Source of the DNA: a bacterium
GTDB taxonomy: Bacteria > UBA8248 > JACPRG01 > G963555815
Reading direction: 5' to 3'
Length of the DNA stretch: 64,000 nt
Assembly: GCA_965218795.1 (NCBI GenBank)
Contig: OZ244653.1
Coordinates: forward strand, 2,464,001-2,528,000
The notes beneath the pieces were generated by a model, which worked only from the letters and a program-made list of their open reading frames with translations, had not been told where the DNA came from and did no database searches. The translations under genes were made by a program, and so were the position numbers. Each line of letters starts with the position of its first letter. The first letter of the stretch is position 1. Positions 49,238-59,880 of the stretch are shown here, in pieces.

Positions 49238-50408
49238 ATCGGGCCTGGCTGGGCAGGCGAAAACTCAGCCAGGCGGCGATAAGCGAGGAGACCGTCACAA
49301 TCGTCAGGGTCGACTGAATCCCAAACTGATCGCCGAGCGCGCCTACGGCGATCAGCGCCAGGCTGCCTGTCCCGAAGGCCCCGCCCATCATCAGGCTGGA
49401 GACCAGGCCCGACTGGCCCGGGTGCATCTCCTGCGCCATGACCAGGTTCAGCGGACCCGACAGCATGAGGGTGATCCCTCCCAATACCATGAAGACTATG
49501 GAGATCCACCCTCGGGTGATCAGGAAGAGCGCGAGGCAGACGGAACCCAGCACCAGAGTGCTCCAAAGGAGACGCCGCCGGTCGAACCGGTCCCCCAGGT
49601 ACCCCCCCAGGAGCCCCCCGATCCCGCCTCCAATCAGATAACCGGAGACGGCCATGCCCCCCATCCAGTCGGATACATCCCGGGTCTTCATCAGGATGGG
49701 GATAAAGCCGGCGAAGGAGTTGTTCGTCACCGCGCGCAGGACGACGATCGTCCAGAGCAAAGAGATGGAGGGCAGGAGGCCCATCATGGATCCGAGAGGG
49801 GACGGAGGTTGAGCTTCTTTTGGCGCCCGTTCTTCCCGGACCGAGCCAAACTTGAAAAGCAATACTGAGATGACCAGCCCCGGGATCATGGAGATGTACG
49901 AATTTTGCAGCCCGAAAGCCGCGATGACGCCCAGGATCTCCAAGGGCCCGAGAGCCATGCCCAAGAAACCGCTCATTAAAAATATTGAAACGACCAAGCT
50001 GCTCCGCCGTCCTCCCGCCCGCCGGGCGAGGTCAGCCGCCGGGGGATGAAACGCCGCGGCCCCCACCCCACCCATGATCACCCACGGGAGCATCAGCTCG
50101 AAGGAGGGCAGGGCTCCCACTGAACCGATGAAGAGCGCGGTCACCAGCGGACCGCCGGCCAGCAGCCACCGTCCGCCCTTGCGGTCTGTCAGCCATCCGA
50201 ACACCGGCTGGCCGAAATTCGTGACCGTGAAAAACGCAGTGACCAGCCCGCCCGCTTCGGCAAGGGAGAGATCCCAGCGCGCAATGAAGTACGGCAGGAG
50301 AACGGCGATGAATCCCCCGTACGTATCCGTGATGAGGTGCGCAGCCGTCAGCAGGACGGCCCTCCTCATCTGGACGGCGCCCGCGGGATCGCTGTCAGGG
50401 CCTTTCAT
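49182..50408 (-). CDS. MFS transporter (Fsr-like)
   Basis: HLITD, QPVFGWLTDR, AAFHP; many TM segments. Confidence 0.9.
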   Translation of the reverse strand: MKGPDSDPAGAVQMRRAVLLTAAHLITDTYGGFIAVLLPYFIARWDLSLAEAGGLVTAFFTVTNFGQPVFGWLTDRKGGRWLLAGGPLVTALFIGSVGALPSFELMLPWVIMGGVGAAAFHPPAADLARRAGGRRSSLVVSIFLMSGFLGMALGPLEILGVIAAFGLQNSYISMIPGLVISVLLFKFGSVREERAPKEAQPPSPLGSMMGLLPSISLLWTIVVLRAVTNNSFAGFIPILMKTRDVSDWMGGMAVSGYLIGGGIGGLLGGYLGDRFDRRRLLWSTLVLGSVCLALFLITRGWISIVFMVLGGITLMLSGPLNLVMAQEMHPGQSGLVSSLMMGGAFGTGSLALIAVGALGDQFGIQSTLTIVTVSSLIAAWLSFRLPSQARSRSEPLPAVEHAAPGTGS

Positions 50409-50461
50409 GAAGGATCCTCATTGAAATCGCTCAGAAAAATGCCGGATGGATCCTCGAACCC

Positions 50462-51652
50462 CTATGCGCTCATCACGCCCGGATCGGGAACCTCTTTTCC
50501 CGCGTATACATGCTCTCGCGGCACCAGGACGCCCAGGCACGCGCAGATGAGCGGAGCAGCGATCACGCCGGTCAGCGTGATCGGGATCCCCACCCAATCG
50601 GCCGCGGCGCCGACACCGATAATCGCAAGGCTTCCCACGCCGTAGGCGAATCCCATCAACAGGCTGGCCAGAAAATTCGCGTGGGCCGGAAACATCTCTT
50701 GGGCCACGACGATATTAATCGGTCCGGATATCATCAGGAAGAATCCCCCGATGACGAGGAAAGCGATTGAAAGCACCCCTGCCGTGGCGACGAATACGCC
50801 GAGACAGGCCGCCGCCGCCAGCATGGTGACCACAATGAGGGTCCGACGGTTGAAGTGATCGGAAAGATACCCTCCAACGACGCCTCCCACGGCTCCGGCA
50901 GTCATGAAGATAGACAGCGCCAAGCCCCACGCCCAGACGGATGACCCGGAGGATTCCAACATGAGCGGCAGGAAGGTGCCGATGGCCTGGTGCGTAAAGT
51001 TTCTCAGGGCGACGATGGCCCAAAGGCCGGAGAGCGGGCACACCGCCGGCATCAGATCGGAGATCGGAGGCCGCCGGACCGCAGCCGCACGCTCCCCCAT
51101 GAAGGCGTACTTCCAGAGAAAAACGGAAACGACCACGCCGGGGAGAATCGTCAGGTAAGCCGAACCCAGTCCGAACCGAGTCACGACGGCCAGAATCTCC
51201 AGGGGCCCCAGCGCGACCCCCAGGAACCCTGACATGAGAAAAATGGACATGACCAGGGACCTGCGGTGCCCGCCCACACGGTACGCCAGTCCGGCGGCCG
51301 GAGGATGGAACGCCGCCGACCCCAAGCCCCCCGCCACCACCCAGACCAGAGCCCATTCAAAGCTGGGCAAAAGGGCCACCGACCCGACGAAGCAGGCGAT
51401 GACGAGGGGCCCCCCCGCCAGAAAAGCTCTTGCGCACCGACGGTCCGATATCAAGCCGAACAGGGGCTGGGCGAAGTAGGTGGCCGCCAGCAGGGCGGTG
51501 GCGAGTGCGCCGGCCTCTGTCAGGGAAATTCCCCACAGGGGAACCAGGAACGGAAGCAGGACTGCGATGAAGCCAAGGTACGTATCGGTCGTGAGATGGG
51601 TCGTGCTTACCAGAGCCACCTGACCCACCTGCAAGCGTTCGGCGCCTTTCAC
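50462..51652 (-). CDS. MFS transporter (Fsr-like), tandem paralog
   Basis: HLTTD, QPLFGLISDR, AAFHP. Confidence 0.9.
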   Translation of the reverse strand: MKGAERLQVGQVALVSTTHLTTDTYLGFIAVLLPFLVPLWGISLTEAGALATALLAATYFAQPLFGLISDRRCARAFLAGGPLVIACFVGSVALLPSFEWALVWVVAGGLGSAAFHPPAAGLAYRVGGHRRSLVMSIFLMSGFLGVALGPLEILAVVTRFGLGSAYLTILPGVVVSVFLWKYAFMGERAAAVRRPPISDLMPAVCPLSGLWAIVALRNFTHQAIGTFLPLMLESSGSSVWAWGLALSIFMTAGAVGGVVGGYLSDHFNRRTLIVVTMLAAAACLGVFVATAGVLSIAFLVIGGFFLMISGPINIVVAQEMFPAHANFLASLLMGFAYGVGSLAIIGVGAAADWVGIPITLTGVIAAPLICACLGVLVPREHVYAGKEVPDPGVMSA

Positions 51653-51682
51653 GAAAATCCCTTGATCAAGAAGGGGACCGTC

Positions 51683-52711
51683 TCAGGGGAAGAGCGGCTC
51701 GCCGGAAGGGGTCAGCAGGGCGGGTCGCAAACGGGAGACGCGGCGGACGGCGTCCACCAGCAGGGCCACCGTGGCTTTATCCCCTTGAACCCCTTCCTGG
51801 AACCGGCAGGTCAGCGGCGGGTCGCCATCGATGATGACCTCATCGATGGACTTCACGCCCGCGACCGACATGATGATATGGAGAAGAATGTCTTCCCTTC
51901 CGTTGCGCCAACCCACGGCCTTCTGGTCGATCCCGGCCACCTGTCCCGGCTCCACGCGAACGTGATCGGTCTCCATGAGTGTCTCGGCCACTACCGGATC
52001 GAGAGTCATCTCGACCGAATCCAGCTCCCAGCCGAGACCGTGGGCGATGAGCCCGACCGATTCCCGGAATCCCGCGTGCCCGAGCCGTCCCTTTTTCTTT
52101 TCCTCTGCGAACCGGTCGACCGTCATTCCCGACCCGATCTTTTTTTGTAGCGGGCCCCTGCGCTGGGTCGCGTCCACCACCCGATGGGCCAGCACGCGGT
52201 CGACCCGCAGGCAGCACCGGGCCACCTGCAGACAGATGTGGTCCATGACAAACCCCGGATTGACGCCCACGGGGAGAATAGCCCGATCCCGCGCGACGGC
52301 CTTCTCGTTGAGACGGCGGGCGACCTCGACCCCCGCGACGACGGGCGGATAGGCCAACTCTTCGGTGGAGGAAACGACATGGCAACCGTGATCGAGGATC
52401 TGGTGATATTGCGACTCCACGTCGGTCAGCCACGAGGAGGTGGTGTGGACGACGACCTCGGGCGAGACCTCTTCAAGCACCTTGTCCGCATCGGGACGCA
52501 TGATCACCTCGGAGGCCGAGGGGTCACCCAGCAGTTCGCCGACCGTCTTCCCGATCTTGCCGGGATCGATGTCGATGGCGCCCACCAATTCCAAATCGGG
52601 CTGAGTCAGAAGGTGCCGGGCCGTTGCCTGCCCGATGGGGCCCAGGCCGTACGAAACTACGCGAATCGCTCGATGGTTGGTCAAGTTTCCGGTTCTCCCT
52701 GTCTCCGGCAA
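51683..52711 (-). CDS. DapB-N Rossmann / 2,4-diaminopentanoate dehydrogenase-like amine dehydrogenase
   Basis: YGLGPIG, VVSSTEEL, GVNPGFVMD, GDKATVA. Confidence 0.8.
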   Translation of the reverse strand: MPETGRTGNLTNHRAIRVVSYGLGPIGQATARHLLTQPDLELVGAIDIDPGKIGKTVGELLGDPSASEVIMRPDADKVLEEVSPEVVVHTTSSWLTDVESQYHQILDHGCHVVSSTEELAYPPVVAGVEVARRLNEKAVARDRAILPVGVNPGFVMDHICLQVARCCLRVDRVLAHRVVDATQRRGPLQKKIGSGMTVDRFAEEKKKGRLGHAGFRESVGLIAHGLGWELDSVEMTLDPVVAETLMETDHVRVEPGQVAGIDQKAVGWRNGREDILLHIIMSVAGVKSIDEVIIDGDPPLTCRFQEGVQGDKATVALLVDAVRRVSRLRPALLTPSGEPLFP

Positions 52712-52721
52712 ATCGTTTCCG

Positions 52722-53636
52722 TTACATGTGGAGGTGGCTCTGGGCCTGTTCCACGATATCGATTCCCACCATTTCGGACCAGGCGTTCAGGAGTCTGTCG
52801 GTGATCGGTCCGGGGATATCCGTCGGGAATTTCACACCGTTGATACTGCACGCCGGGAGGATGTTGGGCGTCGTGCCGGTCAGAAACGCCTCCTGGCCGG
52901 TCATTACATCGTACACCGTGTAATCTCCTTCATGGACAGGAATGTCCGCCTGCCCCGCCAGTTCGAAGACCGTCTCGCGCGTGATGCCCGCCAGGACGTT
53001 CCGGGTGGTGGGCGTATGAAGATCTCCATCCTGGACGAAGAAGAAGTTTGCAGAGCTGTTTTCAGCGACTGCGCCGTCCACGTCCAACATCAGAGAGTGG
53101 GCCTCGGGATCCGCCGCTTGAGCCTCGCGATCGGCGAGGATGTGGTTCATCTTGTTCGAAACCTTCGCCTTCGGGTCCAAAGCCTGAGGGGGATTACGGC
53201 GGATCGACGGCGTCACCAGTCGGATGCCTTCGGTAAAGGCCCTTGAAAAAGGCTTCAGGTTGAGATTGATGCAGTACGCCGCCACCGTCGGCCCCGGGCG
53301 AGGATTGTCATCCCGGCCCAGAATGCCGAGCCCGCGCGTGACGTTTATCCACAAGGCGTAGTCCTCTTTGGGGCCCAAGAGCGGTCGGTTGCGCTCAAGC
53401 ACCTCTTCGCAAACCTTCTCGAACTCGTCAGGCGTCTCCTGAATGTCCAGGCGGGTGTAGGCCATGGAGCGATACAGCCGATCGACGTGCTCGCGGAGCT
53501 TGAACGGCTTTCCCGCGAACGTCCGCGCAACGTCGTACACCCCGTCTCCCACCCGGAACCCCATATCGAACAATGAGACGTGGGCTTGACTTTCCGGCAG
53601 AAACTCTCCGTTCAGATATACGATTCGCTCTGTCAT
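52722..53636 (-). CDS. PLP fold-type IV aminotransferase
   Basis: GDGVYDVART, HVDRLYRS, DPKAK, LAGITR, EAFLTGT. Confidence 0.92.
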   Translation of the reverse strand: MTERIVYLNGEFLPESQAHVSLFDMGFRVGDGVYDVARTFAGKPFKLREHVDRLYRSMAYTRLDIQETPDEFEKVCEEVLERNRPLLGPKEDYALWINVTRGLGILGRDDNPRPGPTVAAYCINLNLKPFSRAFTEGIRLVTPSIRRNPPQALDPKAKVSNKMNHILADREAQAADPEAHSLMLDVDGAVAENSSANFFFVQDGDLHTPTTRNVLAGITRETVFELAGQADIPVHEGDYTVYDVMTGQEAFLTGTTPNILPACSINGVKFPTDIPGPITDRLLNAWSEMVGIDIVEQAQSHLHM

Positions 53637-53640
53637 CGTT

Positions 53641-55752
53641 TCACCGCCTTTCCGACGTCTCCCTCGTCAACGTTCCTCTCTCAGGAGACAGGTTGGCCAG
53701 TTGACGCACATGCACCCAGTCTCCCGGATCGGCGCCGAGCACCGTTCGGCTGTAGGCGTCGAGATAGACCCTGGATTTTGTAGTCTTCCCATTGCACGAA
53801 ACCCGGTCTATCGGTCCCACCCATGCCCGAAGGGGTGCCGGGTGGGTCCCCCACAACTCCACGAGCTCCCCCGGCCGCAGGCCCAGCCGGGAGGCCAATC
53901 CCCGCGGCACGAAACACAGTCTCCTGCCGTTCACCAACGCATCCGCTCCGATCACCTCGGCGTCCTCCACCCTGGCGCGGATCCCTCGGGCCAGGGCGCG
54001 CCGTTTCGCCGCCGTTCGGCGTCTGTCGATCTTCAAGCCGAGGCTTCCCCTCCTCTCCGTCTGGAAAACGACCCCGTACAATGCCTCCGCTTCTTTTCGG
54101 GAGATATAGCCAGACAAGACGTCGGCGGCAACATCGTCCACAGGCCGAGTCAAGGGATCACCGTAACCTCCTCCCCCCCCGGACAGCATGACCAGACGGT
54201 CTCCGTACTGGATCGGAAAATCATGAGTCTTTCCTGGGGTTGGGATGTGGACTTCCTTGCCCCCGCGGAGGATGACGGCGGCCGTGGGCTTCCCCAAATG
54301 CCCGCCGCGCAGGCCGTAGCTCGGCAAGACGGCCCGATCCGCCAGCAGGGAATAGGTTCCTTCACTCAGGATACGGACCTGCCGTTTGGCCCCGAGCCCG
54401 CCCCTCCTCCATCCGGCCCCGCCGGAGTCGATCCGCAGGGTGGAACATTCCATGCGGACCGGAAATTCGTTTTCCAGCGCCTCGGCCGAATGGATGCAGC
54501 GCGTGTCTCCCTCATCGAACGCGGCCAACACGCTCTGTCCGTCGGATTCGGTGTACCCACCGCTTCCGCCCTTGGGCCATTCGTAGTATACGAAGCGGCG
54601 GCCGGTCTCCCGGTGGGTCCCCCCCACCATGTTGTGGAAAACGGTCCCGTACTGATCCGCGGGGACGCGGTCAGGGATGGCCTGGGCGAGCGCCCCGAGC
54701 ACCAAGCCGGTGGCCCGCTTCTCCACCTCGCAACACCCACCGACGGGCGCCGGGTGCAGCGCATTGAAGACGGTTCCTTCCGGAACCACCACGTCGATCG
54801 GCCGGAAGCTCCCGTGATTGACCGGATGGTCCGGGTCCAGAAGCGTCTTGATAGGGATGAATACGCCGCTGGCCGTAACGGCGTAAGAACAGTTAATGGG
54901 GTGCTCCACCTGAGAAGCGGTCCCCGTGAAGTCGGCGACGATGGACCGATCCTTGATCTCCAAACGGACGCAGCAACGCACCGGAACAAAATTTCCATCT
55001 TCGAAGCTTTCCAGGTAATCCTCGTAAAAATACTCGCCCGACGGAATATCGGCAATCTGTGCGCGAGTACGTGCCTCGGCCCGTTCGATGGACTTCTTGA
55101 TGCAGGCGGCCAGCGTTGGGGCCCCGTAACGGTCGATGAGCTCCCCGACGCTTCGATCGGCCAGCTTACACGCCGAGAGGTTCGCGCGAAAATCCCCCCG
55201 GCGATCCTCCGGCAGACGGCAATTGGCGAACAGCAGATCGAGGGCCGAATCGTTGGGACGGCCGCCGTCGTACACCCGGATCGGCGGGATGACCATGCCC
55301 TCCTGATAGATCTCGCGCGCCGCGCCCGAAAGACTCCCCGGAACCATCCCGCCCACGTCCAGCCAGTGCGCCCGAACCGCGGCGAAGAGGAACAATTCCT
55401 TGTTTGCAAAGACCGGCAAGGCGACCATCACGTCGTTGAGGTGCGTACCCCCATAGGCCGGATCGTTCACCAGGAAAACGTCCCCCGGCCGAATGTCGTC
55501 ACCATATCGCTCCATGACGTCCTTGACGGACCACGACATGGGAAGGACGTGCATCGGCAGGTCCTCGGACTGGGCGATCAGCTCTCCCTTTGGATCGAAC
55601 AGCCCGCAGGAGAAGTCGTGACCCTGGCACACCACGGACGAGTAAGCCGTTCGAATGACCGTCACGCGCATCTCACGGACAACGCTCAGGAAGGCTTCGA
55701 TGATCACTTCCAGCGTAATCGGATCGATTTTTCCGATTCGGTCGGGACTCAC
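53641..55752 (-). CDS. Hydantoinase B/oxoprolinase subunit with C-terminal extension
   Basis: DPITLEVI, HDFSC, GGTHLND, HWLDVGG, DSGGAGWRRGGLG, GGGGYGDP. Confidence 0.92.
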   Translation of the reverse strand: MSPDRIGKIDPITLEVIIEAFLSVVREMRVTVIRTAYSSVVCQGHDFSCGLFDPKGELIAQSEDLPMHVLPMSWSVKDVMERYGDDIRPGDVFLVNDPAYGGTHLNDVMVALPVFANKELFLFAAVRAHWLDVGGMVPGSLSGAAREIYQEGMVIPPIRVYDGGRPNDSALDLLFANCRLPEDRRGDFRANLSACKLADRSVGELIDRYGAPTLAACIKKSIERAEARTRAQIADIPSGEYFYEDYLESFEDGNFVPVRCCVRLEIKDRSIVADFTGTASQVEHPINCSYAVTASGVFIPIKTLLDPDHPVNHGSFRPIDVVVPEGTVFNALHPAPVGGCCEVEKRATGLVLGALAQAIPDRVPADQYGTVFHNMVGGTHRETGRRFVYYEWPKGGSGGYTESDGQSVLAAFDEGDTRCIHSAEALENEFPVRMECSTLRIDSGGAGWRRGGLGAKRQVRILSEGTYSLLADRAVLPSYGLRGGHLGKPTAAVILRGGKEVHIPTPGKTHDFPIQYGDRLVMLSGGGGGYGDPLTRPVDDVAADVLSGYISRKEAEALYGVVFQTERRGSLGLKIDRRRTAAKRRALARGIRARVEDAEVIGADALVNGRRLCFVPRGLASRLGLRPGELVELWGTHPAPLRAWVGPIDRVSCNGKTTKSRVYLDAYSRTVLGADPGDWVHVRQLANLSPERGTLTRETSERR

Positions 55753-57797
55753 CGCCGCCCCCTTTCCAGGACCAGATTTCCGATGCGATCGACGACGCCG
55801 CGCCAGCCCGGCGGAAGAACGGTGGTCGAGCCTTCTTCCTCGACGATGGCCGGGCCCCTGAATCGGGCGTTCCGGCCCAGGCCGTCGCGGCGGTAGATGG
55901 CGGTCGGTACGAACCGGTCACCGAAATACACTTCGCGCTTCTCTCGGGATCGAGCCGCCCCACTACTCCCGGGCGGCAGGAATTCGGGCTTTGGAAGCGA
56001 CGCCGAAACGGTCACGCGATAGTTCACCACCTCTGTCGACTCCCCTTCGTCGCAATGCCCGTAGCGCTCGAGGTGCAGACGATGGAAGTCTCTCTCGACG
56101 TCTTCCGGTCTCTTCCATTCGGGATCAAAAGGCACATCAATCTCATACCACTGCCCAACGTAGCGCAACCCGACCCAACGGTGGAATTGAATCTCTTCGG
56201 ACGGTTCGTGACCGTAGGCCACGAGCTCGAGGCGACCCTCTTTTTCCAACTCCCCCAAGGTTTTCAACATCAGGGGGAGCGGAGTCTCCTTCGACGGCGA
56301 GAGCCGTGTCCGCACCAAGTTCCGGCTGTGGTCGGCGAGCAGAAGGCCCAGGGCGGAAAAGTTTCCCGGCGCCGGAGGAACGATGATCCGGCCGATGGAT
56401 AATTCCTCTGCAATGAATGCAGCGTGCATGGGGCCCGCTCCGCCATAGACCAGGAGGGCGAAATCCCGCGGGTCGAGCCCTTTCCCAACCGTGATCGCCT
56501 TGATGGCGCTGACCATTCGGACGACGGCGATCTCCACGATCCCTTCGGCGAGCCGGACCTCGTCCAGCGATGGAATCTGCCGGTTGACCCGTCGAATCGC
56601 ATCCCGGGACATGCGCCGATTGAGCGTCATTCCGCCCGCCTCCAGTGAATCCTGATTCAGGCGGTTCAGGAACAGGTTCGCATCGGTCACGGTGGGCTCC
56701 GTTCCACCCCGTCCATAGCACGCCGGACCCGGCTCGGCCCCTGCGCTCTTTGGACCCACGGCCAGCACCCCGCCCCGGTCCACCCAGGCGATGCTCCCCC
56801 CGCCGGCGCCGATTGTCTCGATTTCCATCTGAAGTGTCTTGTTGGGATAGCCATGGACCTCGCTCTCCGTCGTCATGGCGGGATTTCCGTCGCGGACGAG
56901 ACAGACGTCCGTGCTGGTCCCGCCCATATCACACGTGATGAGACGCTGTTCGTCCGTCATTCGGCCCAGATGGGAAGCCGCGGTCACGCCGCCGGCCGGG
57001 CCGGACAACAAAAGGTTCACCGGAAGCTTGGCCGCCTCGCCGGGGGAGATGACTCCGCCGCTGGACGTCATGACGTGCAGAGGACCGGTCACCCCTTCCG
57101 TTTCGAGTGTTTCCTGAAGACGCCCCAGATACCGTTGAATGGGCGGGGCCACGTAAGCGTTCAGGACGTTCGTGGAAAATCGCTCGTACTCCCTAAACTC
57201 TCGTACGACTTCGGCCGACGTGGACACGAAGACCCCCGGGTGCTCTGATTGGATCAGCGCACGGGCGCGGTCCTCATTCTTGGGGTTCGCATACGCATGG
57301 AGAAAGCAGACAGCCACTGCCTCGATTCCGTCCCTTTTCATCCGGTCAAAAAGCGGCTTGAGCTTGGCGGGCGTCACGGCCTTGGCGACACGGCCGCCCG
57401 CGAGGGTCCGTTCATCCACCTCCAGTCGAAGGGGGCGGGCAACCAGCGGAGGCGTTTTGTGGTAATCCAGGCGGTAGAGGACCATCCGGTTGGCCAGCCC
57501 GAGCTCCAGAACGTCCCGGAATCCCTTGGTGGTCAAGATTGCCGTCCGGGCGCCCTTTCCTTCCAAAAGGGTGTTCGTCGCAATCGTTGTTCCGTGAGTG
57601 AAACGCAGGATGGAGGCGGCATCGGCGCCGGCCTTGTTCAGTCCCTCCAGGATCCCCTGGGTCAAATCGCTTTGGACCGTGGGTGTCTTCACGGAATGCA
57701 GCCTGCGGGTATGATCGTCATAGACGACGACATCCGTGAAAGTGCCTCCGATGTCCACTCCAATCGTGAGACCGTTCATAGAATCATTCTTTTTCAT
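55749..57797 (-). CDS. Hydantoinase A/oxoprolinase subunit
   Basis: GVDIGGTFTD, HGTTIATN, SGPAGG, DMGGTSTD, IGAGGGS, PGPACY. Confidence 0.93.
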   Translation of the reverse strand: MKKNDSMNGLTIGVDIGGTFTDVVVYDDHTRRLHSVKTPTVQSDLTQGILEGLNKAGADAASILRFTHGTTIATNTLLEGKGARTAILTTKGFRDVLELGLANRMVLYRLDYHKTPPLVARPLRLEVDERTLAGGRVAKAVTPAKLKPLFDRMKRDGIEAVAVCFLHAYANPKNEDRARALIQSEHPGVFVSTSAEVVREFREYERFSTNVLNAYVAPPIQRYLGRLQETLETEGVTGPLHVMTSSGGVISPGEAAKLPVNLLLSGPAGGVTAASHLGRMTDEQRLITCDMGGTSTDVCLVRDGNPAMTTESEVHGYPNKTLQMEIETIGAGGGSIAWVDRGGVLAVGPKSAGAEPGPACYGRGGTEPTVTDANLFLNRLNQDSLEAGGMTLNRRMSRDAIRRVNRQIPSLDEVRLAEGIVEIAVVRMVSAIKAITVGKGLDPRDFALLVYGGAGPMHAAFIAEELSIGRIIVPPAPGNFSALGLLLADHSRNLVRTRLSPSKETPLPLMLKTLGELEKEGRLELVAYGHEPSEEIQFHRWVGLRYVGQWYEIDVPFDPEWKRPEDVERDFHRLHLERYGHCDEGESTEVVNYRVTVSASLPKPEFLPPGSSGAARSREKREVYFGDRFVPTAIYRRDGLGRNARFRGPAIVEEEGSTTVLPPGWRGVVDRIGNLVLERGRR

Positions 57798-57798
57798 T

Positions 57799-59880
57799 TC
57801 AAGAGAACAGCTTCCGCACCCGAAGTGAACCGCCGGCCTTGACACCCAAAACGGACCGTGCGACGGGATCCAAGACAACCCTCCCATCCGTCAGATCCGG
57901 ATCGATGGAAATCCATGCGCGCAGAGGAACCCCTTTTTTCGATTGAAGCTCAACGGTTTCCCCTTTTCGGACTTTCCACCGGGCAGCCAACGGCCGGCCG
58001 ATGGTACAGATCCGCTTCCCGTCCACGAGTCCTTTCGGATGATTCACATCCGCTTTGCCCACGAGGGCGGTCCATGCGCGGCGTAGACTCCGGCGTTTTT
58101 CCGCCGTTCGCCGGGGGTCGATTCCCCCTCGTCGATGAAAGACAATCCCGTAGTGCTCTTCCGCCGCCCTCCGGGAGATGTACCCAGCGGCCAGATCCGC
58201 CTCCACCTCGCGGAGGGACCGCCCCAGCGGGTCGCCGTAGCCCGCCCCGCCCCCGGACTGCATGACCAGACGATCATCTGCCCGGAGCGTCAGGTTCTGG
58301 GCCTTCCCGGGGGTGGACAGGCGGATTGCGCGGCCGTTGCGCAGAAAGTGCGCCTCCGTGGGACGCCCCGGACCTCCACCCTGAAGGCCGTAACTCGGGA
58401 GGACCGCCCGATCTCCCAACAGGGAATATGTCCCCGGACAGAGCAATCGCACCCGCCGCTTCAATCCGAGCCCGCCCCTCCATCGTCCCGCGCCCCCTGA
58501 GTCGGAACGCAACGCGGACTCCTCCACTCGGACGGGGAACTCCGTCTCCAACGCCTCCGCCGAATGGATGCACCGGGTGTCGCCTTCGTCGAAGGCCGCC
58601 ATCGCGCTTTGCCCGTCCGACCCCAGGTAGGCGCCGTTGCCGCCCTTGGGCCACTCGTAATACACGAAAGGCCTTTCCGTGCAGGGGTTCCTTCCGCCGA
58701 TCATGTTGTGAAAAGTCGTCCCATACTGATCAGCCGCCACCCTTTCGGGGATCGCCTGCGCGAGCGCGCCCATGACCAGCGAGATGACCCGCTTTCGGAG
58801 CTCCACAAATCCGCCCACGGGTGCGGGGTGAACGGCATTCACAATGGTTCCCTCCGGCACAATCAGATCGACCGGACGGAAGACCCCGTGATTCACCGGG
58901 AAATCCGGGTCGAATATCGCTTTGATCGGGATGAAGACCCCACTGGCCGTTACGCTCAGCGAGGCGTTGATGGGATGGGGGACCTGGGGGGCGCTTCCAG
59001 TGAAATCGGCCGTCATCGAGCGGCCATCGACCTTGAGGGTCAGACACCCACGGACGGGAACGAACCGCCCGTCTTCAAAGGTCTCGAGATAGTCCTCGTA
59101 GAAATACGTCCCCGGAGGAACCGTTTCGATCTGCTCCCGGACGCGCTCTTCCGCACGGCCGAGGGATCTCCGAATGCAGCCTGAAATCACGTCCAGAGAG
59201 TAACGGTCCAGGAGCTCATGCGTGCGCAGCTCGGCCTGCCTGCACGCGGCCAGGCACGCTCGGAAATCCCCCTTGCGGTCCTCGGGCAGACGGACGTTGG
59301 AGAAGAGCAGGTCCAGAGCGGCCTGGTTCGGACGCCCCTCGGCATAAGCCCGGATGGGCGGGATGATCACCCCCTCCTGATGGATCTCGGTCGCTCCCCC
59401 GGAAAGGCTGCCCGGCACCATCCCCCCGACGTCCACCCAGTGGACCCGGGTCGCCGGGACGAGAAACAATCGCCCCCCCGCAAACACCGGCATCGCGACC
59501 ATGACGTCGTTGAGGTGCGTTCCGCCCGAGGTTGGGTCGTTCAGGATGAAAACGTCCCCCGGCCGCATGTCCCCGCCGAACTTCTCCATCAGCGTCCGGA
59601 TGGACCACGACATGGGAAGGACGTGTCCGGGAAGGTCTTCGGACTGGGCTACGAGCTGGCCTTCCGTGTCGAACAGGCAACAGGAGAAATCGTGTCCCTG
59701 GCACACGACGGAGGAGTACGCCGTCCGGATGATCGTCACGCGCATCTCCCGAACGATGCTCAGGAGCGCTTCGACCACAACCTCGAGCGTGATGGGGTCG
59801 ATCCTCGTCCTTTTGGCCTTTGCCACACTCAGTCCTTTGTCATCTGCCGGAAGCGAACGAACCAGCCTCGGTTCAATCAT
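57799..59880 (-). CDS. Hydantoinase B/oxoprolinase subunit with C-terminal extension (paralog)
   Basis: Same motifs as 53641-55752; exact start uncertain. Confidence 0.9.
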   Translation of the reverse strand: MIEPRLVRSLPADDKGLSVAKAKRTRIDPITLEVVVEALLSIVREMRVTIIRTAYSSVVCQGHDFSCCLFDTEGQLVAQSEDLPGHVLPMSWSIRTLMEKFGGDMRPGDVFILNDPTSGGTHLNDVMVAMPVFAGGRLFLVPATRVHWVDVGGMVPGSLSGGATEIHQEGVIIPPIRAYAEGRPNQAALDLLFSNVRLPEDRKGDFRACLAACRQAELRTHELLDRYSLDVISGCIRRSLGRAEERVREQIETVPPGTYFYEDYLETFEDGRFVPVRGCLTLKVDGRSMTADFTGSAPQVPHPINASLSVTASGVFIPIKAIFDPDFPVNHGVFRPVDLIVPEGTIVNAVHPAPVGGFVELRKRVISLVMGALAQAIPERVAADQYGTTFHNMIGGRNPCTERPFVYYEWPKGGNGAYLGSDGQSAMAAFDEGDTRCIHSAEALETEFPVRVEESALRSDSGGAGRWRGGLGLKRRVRLLCPGTYSLLGDRAVLPSYGLQGGGPGRPTEAHFLRNGRAIRLSTPGKAQNLTLRADDRLVMQSGGGAGYGDPLGRSLREVEADLAAGYISRRAAEEHYGIVFHRRGGIDPRRTAEKRRSLRRAWTALVGKADVNHPKGLVDGKRICTIGRPLAARWKVRKGETVELQSKKGVPLRAWISIDPDLTDGRVVLDPVARSVLGVKAGGSLRVRKLFS

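Noticed and set aside
53701-55896. 731-aa plus-strand ORF and similar long antisense ORFs (13110-14546, 27390-28775, 61053-62339)
   Set aside because: Shadow frames opposite well-supported genes in GC-rich DNA; no recognisable motifs.
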